Assembly: GCF_009914755.1 (NCBI RefSeq)
Contig: NC_060935.1
Origin: the human T2T-CHM13v2.0 reference genome, Homo sapiens
DNA: 64,000 bases
Direction: 5' to 3' (one strand)
The position numbers were made by a program, and so were the translations under genes. Below, piece by piece: positions 58,030 to 64,000 of the stretch (position 1 is the stretch's first letter; the number at the start of each line of letters is the position of its first letter). Under the pieces are notes generated by a model. It saw only the letters and a list, made by a program, of their open reading frames with translations, ran no database searches and was not told the origin of the DNA.

Positions 58030-61000
58030 TCAAAGAATTTTTTGATTTCTGCTTTAATTTCATTTTTTTATCCCAAAGTCATTCAGGAGCACATTGTTTA
58101 ATTTCCATGTAACTGTACGGTTTTGATAGATTTTCTTAGTAATGATTTTTAATTTGTATTGTGCTGTGGTCTGAGGGTGTGTTGGGTATGATGTCAATTT
58201 CTTTGAATTTGCTTGGACTTGCTTTATTCCTGAGCACGTGCTCATCTTAGAATTATGTGCCATGTGCAGACGAGAAGAATGTATATTCTGTTGTTTTTGG
58301 ATGGATTGTTCTGTAGATGTGTAATTAGCTCCAATTGGTCAAGTCTTGAGTTTAAGTCCAGAATATCTTCATTAGTTTTATGCCCTGATGATACGTCTGA
58401 CATTGTCAGTCAGGTGTTGAAGTTCCCCAAGATTATTGTGTAGCTTCCTAAATCTCTTCATAGATCTCTAGAAACCTGTTTTATGAATCTGGGTGCTCCA
58501 ATGTTGGATACATATACATTTAGGATAGTTGAGTCTTCTTGTTTGTATTGTAACTTTTACCATTATACAATGCTCTTCTTTGTCTTTTAAAAAATTATCG
58601 TTGGTTTATAAGAAAAGCTACCCCTGCAGTTTTTTGTTTTCCATTTGCCTGATAGATCTTTCTCCATGTCTTTAGTTTTAGACTGTGGGTGCTGTTACTT
58701 GTGAGATAGGTCTCCTGAAGTTAGCAGACAGTTGGGTCTTGCTTCTTTATCCAACTTGCCATTTTATGCCTTTTAAGTGGGGACATTAGCCCATTTACAC
58801 TCAGGATATAAATTGATATGTGAGAATTTGATCCTGTTATTGTGCTATTAGCTGCTAACCATTTTTAAAGGATCCAAGAACACTTCCTTCATGAAGACCA
58901 CCATGATTGCAGATATTAAAATTAAGTTGCACTTTGAACTCTGGATCATTTTCTCTAGACCTCTCTCTGACACTCTATATACCTTATTATAGAATTGTGG
59001 GAATACTTCAGGGGAGCAGAGTTTGAAACATCCATTTCCCAGGTCAGTCTTATAACCTACCTTTCCCTATTTAACATGCTAAGTAAAGAAGAGGTTACTC
59101 ACACGATCCAGAAGATTGGGTATTCAGTGACAATCTCTGAGGCCACACTTATGTGCTTTACCTTGACCCTAAGCCATGTTCTGCAACTCTGCCTCCCAAC
59201 CACTATCAGAGTTCAGCAGTACATGTTTTTCTGGCTGTTATAAAAGGTGGGTTTGAGTCTCATTCTTTTATTTTTCTCTCTTTTGAACAGGGTATGGAGA
59301 TCTATGTTTGAATCCTGTTATGTGTCTTCCTGGCTCTGTGGCTTGGACAGGTTACTTCAATTACTTAACATTCAGTTTAATCATCTGCTAAATGATGACC
59401 CTTCTTTTACAAGGATAATATGAGAATTAAATGTTATAGAAAAGTCATAGGTACATCACACAGAGCCTGGCACAAGATGCTTCCTAAGTAGTAACTGTGT
59501 CAAAATGTAAATCATAATAACCTTTAGTCACTATATATTTCTGGTCAAGACTTTAGAGTATAAAAGTAAGTGAAAGGTCTCACCTGATGGGATGCCCATT
59601 AGACTCTCAGGCAGTCACTATTTAGCTTTTTTTTCTGATTTTGATTTATGCCTGGTCCACAATAGACAGCAACTGGTGCAAAGGCAATTTTGAGCCTTTT
59701 TAATTTGTAAATTAAATCACAGTGTGTAGGGCATGCTTACTACACTGTTTATTGCATTGAATGGGGACAATATTGACAATTTGCATTTGCTTAGCACTTT
59801 TCAACATAATTTTGCATGTATCTGATATGTGCCTAAGCACTACAAGATAGACCTGCACAGCAGAAACTATCCACACTGTATATATAAAGAAACTAAGCTG
59901 TAGACAAGTGAAGTCGATTTTCCGTGGTCACTCAGGCGGTAAAAATCAAAAGTAGACAGAAACTTGTAATGTCATGACTAGTTTTCTTGTTACACTATAT
60001 TGCTATTCATTGGAAAGAAGAAATCCCTGTATCACCTTTTTAAAAATTATTCTAAATAAGAGATAAACTTAGGGAAAACAAATGGCAACGATATTGAATT
60101 TTTCCTACACAGTTCCATGTGTCTGTTCTCTTAGATAATGCCTGCTAGCACTGCCCAAGACCTGGGCCCAGGTATGTACAGAAGGGGCCGATCAAAACAA
60201 GATCTTAAAAGCTGACGGATGTACATGTTTGTTCACAGTTCATTAAATCTTTTGTTATTATTGAGCATCTGGGAACAACTGGCCTATTTGAGCAGCATTA
60301 GGATCTTGTAGAAGTGCCTGGTGACTATTTTTCCTAATCACCCAGAGACCCAAGTGATTGCAAACTCCTCCCCCTCAAAATGATAATAATAAAAATAATA
60401 ATAATTGGAAAACCAACAAAATACCAGAAGAGAACAAATAGAAGTTTAACTTTTGTAATTTCTTATTAAGTCATTTTGATGCTTATGTATTTTACAGAAA
60501 GACATCATGATTTGTTTCAGCATTCATGAGGCATCAGGACTTCAAGTCATAGAAATCCAAGTTTAAATTCTGCCTGTGCCATTTCACCTACTTTCCAGCC
60601 TTCTTCCTCCACCAGAGAAGGAAGCACATGGCTGACCTTTCACCTTCTTCAGGTAGCTGAGACAGCTCCATTGAAATGTGTGCTAACAAAATCAGGACTT
60701 TACAAAATGCTTTAATCTCATAAAACCCAATCAGCTAGGGGCTATTTCCACTATAGATTAAGAGACTAAAAAAAAAAAAAAAAAAATCAAAGTTACTGTG
60801 AATAGCTGGCAAGCTTAGCTTTTTTTTTAAATTGGGGCCAGATGTGGTTGGTATCCACATTTATAAGAGACATTTGTTAATACGTTAGTCTCAATATTAT
60901 AGATGTGGTGAATATATTGGTAAATTGGGGAATTTTCTTGCCTCTTATCTCTCCAGGTTTAGGTCCCCATCTATCTTCACTCCCTCCATAACTCCACACA

Positions 61001-62361
61001 TGGCTGAAGGGGGTGAATATGCAAGATGACATCGCACTTTGTGTAGAGAATGCCTCTCAACTATTAAGAGCAGCAGAGCAGAGCATATAAGAGCACAGAT
61101 TCTGGAAGTAGACAGAAGGTTATAATCACAGTTCTGCCATTTTCTTGCTGTTCATTGTTACTAGCAAGTTAGTTAACCTTTCTGTGCCTGAAAAAAAATG
61201 GTTTTAAAAATAGTATCTAGCAGACTGAGATGATACTTAAACAAGTTAATACTAACAAAGCATTTGATAAAATAAATTGATTTATGGTACCTGGTCCCTG
61301 ACCCAAGTTTTGTTAATAATAATATGATTTCTTCACATTCAAAATATAAAGATCTGGGAGAAGTTTGTTGCCAGAGGCATTAGCAAGTGCAAATATGCCT
61401 AATATGTTCTTTGAGGAATAAAAGAAATGCTGAAACATAACAAGGGGAAGAGAAATAGGATATGAGGCAAGAGAGATGGGGGTTGGATAAGATAGGGCTT
61501 TGGAGTGTTTTTTTTTTTTTTTTTTTTTTTTTACCAGAGAAACATTACAATCTGATTTTCATTAAAAATTTTTTACTTTGCTGCATGGAAAATAGAACAA
61601 CAGTGGAAAAAGGGGGAAACACAGGAAATACTGTGACAGAATGCTGAGAGATTATGGTAGCTTAGTCCGGGGTAGGATTCTGAATATATTTTGAAAGCAT
61701 AGAGAATAGAATGTACTAATGGATAGGATGTGGAGTGTTAGGAAAAATGAAGAATGAAGGATGAGTCCAAGTATTCAGTTAAGTAAGTAGACGGATTAGA
61801 GTGTCATTAATTGAGAAGTGAGAAATCACTAATACATAATTATGTTTCTGTTCTGTTTTCCTATAATACTAGTACTGATTTTTATCATATATTAAACATT
61901 CAATACAAAAATTGCCTGTTTACATAACTATCTCTAACCTGGATCTAAGGCTCAGTTTTGCTGTCTTGTAACATTGGCGGTGATCTGTCACTGATTTCCA
62001 GGACACTGTGGGCTCCCTAGAGACAAGGATTCTGTGTTCCTCACAGATGTAGCCCTTGTATCTAGCATAGCACCTGACACACAATTGGCTCTATTAATAT
62101 ATGTTAAGCACATGAATGAGGCCAAAGGTATGACAGGGTGCCTCAAGGAGTGTGATCAAATAACAGGTCTCATTCTCAGATTGTCAAGTCAGTTTACCAG
62201 ACAGAAAGCATTCCTTTGTAGAACAGCACTTGTTTAAACAAAACTAAACATAGCAATGCCAATTTACAGCAGGATCTGTTAGGTGGGCCAGACAACCCCA
62301 TTAAGCAATCTTGTGTATTTTTACCATCTAATAAAACTACATGGGAAAAATTTTGGTCCAA

Positions 62362-63450
62362 TCAAGATGGAGTAAGCACACTCTGATTCTCCCACTGAAT
62401 ACAGCTAAAAATCCTGGACAGAGCTGGAGAAGCTAGTTGAGAACTCTGAAAAATAAGTAGTAATAAGTGAATTGGGGAAAAATAACAGAACTCAAAACAT
62501 CACTGAATCATGCATGAGTTTCTTGGACCTTTTTCCCCAATATCTTCAGATTTAGACTCAAAAGCAGCCAAATCGTGGAACTGTGCACCAGATGTAAGCA
62601 GAAAAAGCTCCAACAGAAGTTTATTTCCAGTCTGAGGAAAAGAAAATGACACCCTACAAATCAGAGAGCATGGAGAAAATTCTATTTTTGTTTTTTCTTT
62701 TCTTCTAGTTAAGCCCCCAGGTAACCCTGGCAAGGTGATGATAGTAAGCGGTGGGTGCAAAGGCAACAGTGTCTGGGTGGATGCTTATAACTCTAAGGAT
62801 GGAAACCCTTCTCTGTGACCAAAGGAACTGTATCCCAACAGTGTGCGGGGGAAAATTCTCTGTTGGTTTGTTCCTTTCTCTAGCCTTTCCCCACTTGGTT
62901 CCCATGGCAGGGTGATCTCAGGGACAGAAAGTGAGAGGCAGAGGTGAAAACTAAAGTCTCAGATTTCTAGCCAGAAGACCAGGAGGTGGGTGGGAGAGGC
63001 TGGAACCTGGAGTGGGACAGGGAGACAGTAGGGCAGTGAGGTGGGGAGTGCTAAGAAAGTAGTCCTATAGCATTGAGTATGAACTCTTAGTTTCCCCCTA
63101 AGTTGTACAGGCATTGATTTGACTCTGGTCAGCATACCAACTTTTGAGAACTCAACTATGGGATGGAACAATGCCCAGGGCTAAAGACTGACCACTCAAT
63201 GAGGCATATGTTTGATAAACTTTGATAGCACTGCAAAGGCTTTGAAAACTGACAGTTGGAGGCGCAGCCTAAGAAGGTAAGTGGGAACTTACAGACTAAA
63301 CTAACCAGGTTGTTTGCCTATACTTAAAAAAAAATCAATATTCTCCATTAGATTTAAACAGCACCCAAGATTGCATAACATTATATTTGAAATGTCCAGA
63401 ATATGGCAACTGTATACAATTATTTGGAAGTGATGTAAAGAGCCCAGAAA
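62362..63450 (+). mobile_element. Probable ancient L1M 5'-region remnant
   Basis: Begins with caagatgg (YY1-type L1 5' motif) and contains aaggctttgaaaactga. Boundaries approximate. Confidence 0.5.
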
Positions 63451-64000
63451 CTTTTACTAATCTTCTTGCTTCATTTTTAAACTCAGACTGTTGATACCAT
63501 CTTTCTTTAAATGATTTAGTAGAATTCACTGAGTTATATTCAATTCTTTTTTCTTGCTGCTTTGGCCCTAGAGAGAAACTCTGGCTCATTAAATAATTTA
63601 TTAGTTGACTCATTCAGAGATTAAGTCACTGATTAAAAAGACATTTATTGAGTACTTACTGCATGTCAGACACTGTGCTGGATGCTGCTGACAGAAACAT
63701 AAGTAAGATGAATCTGTGTCCTCAAAAAAAAAAAAACGATTCAACATATAAGTATGGGCTCAGTGGTAGAAGCTTGTGGGGACCAAAGGAGTTTCATCTT
63801 CTTAGGCAAACTTTAAAGTCTTAAGTGCGCATAATAAAATGGTTTGTTTTATTCAAAGTTCTTTTCTTATCCAGTAAATGGTAGGCATGTTAATTAGTTG
63901 GCATGATAGTGCACCAAAGAACAGGACTTCATTCAGTAGTATTTACTTTGTTCAACGATTATTTTTTAGGGTCTGCTATGAGCCAGGATTAACCTAGCCA

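Larger units (their letters stand above)
54127..58854 (-). mobile_element. Older 5'-truncated primate L1 (L1PA13-16/L1PB-like) with decayed ORF2, interrupted by the U6/L1 chimera
   Basis: ORF2 RT fragments ([28 protein letters not shown]) and a 3'UTR at ~54130-54380. TSD ctaaccatttt at 54116-54126 and 58855-58865, next to a TTTTT/AA endonuclease site. Confidence 0.9.

Overview
This is primate, most likely human, genomic DNA: AT-rich, CpG-poor and full of Alu, L1, L2, MIR, LTR and hAT repeats. The window lies inside GRM5 (metabotropic glutamate receptor 5), which is on the minus strand. Four intact coding exons of 247, 169, 127 and 940 nt, all with GT-AG boundaries, splice in frame. They encode the end of the Venus-flytrap domain, the cysteine-rich domain, all 7 TM helices and the start of the C-tail. 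The rest is intron. The most notable non-coding items are: (1) a full-length U6 snRNA fused to an L1PA2-type 3' end, with one TSD pair, nested inside an older L1; (2) a TSD-flanked ~335-bp insert that looks like a retrocopied mRNA 3'UTR of unidentified parent; (3) a 45-bp L1 insertion with a perfect 15-bp TSD; (4) a tight inverted Alu pair; (5) exon junctions that regenerate 5' splice sites; (6) a stop codon at the 7TM-exon donor followed by an intronic AATAAA. I see no convincing evidence of a wholly new biological system. The findings are locus-level hypotheses, and repeat subfamily names are from recall, not from a search.
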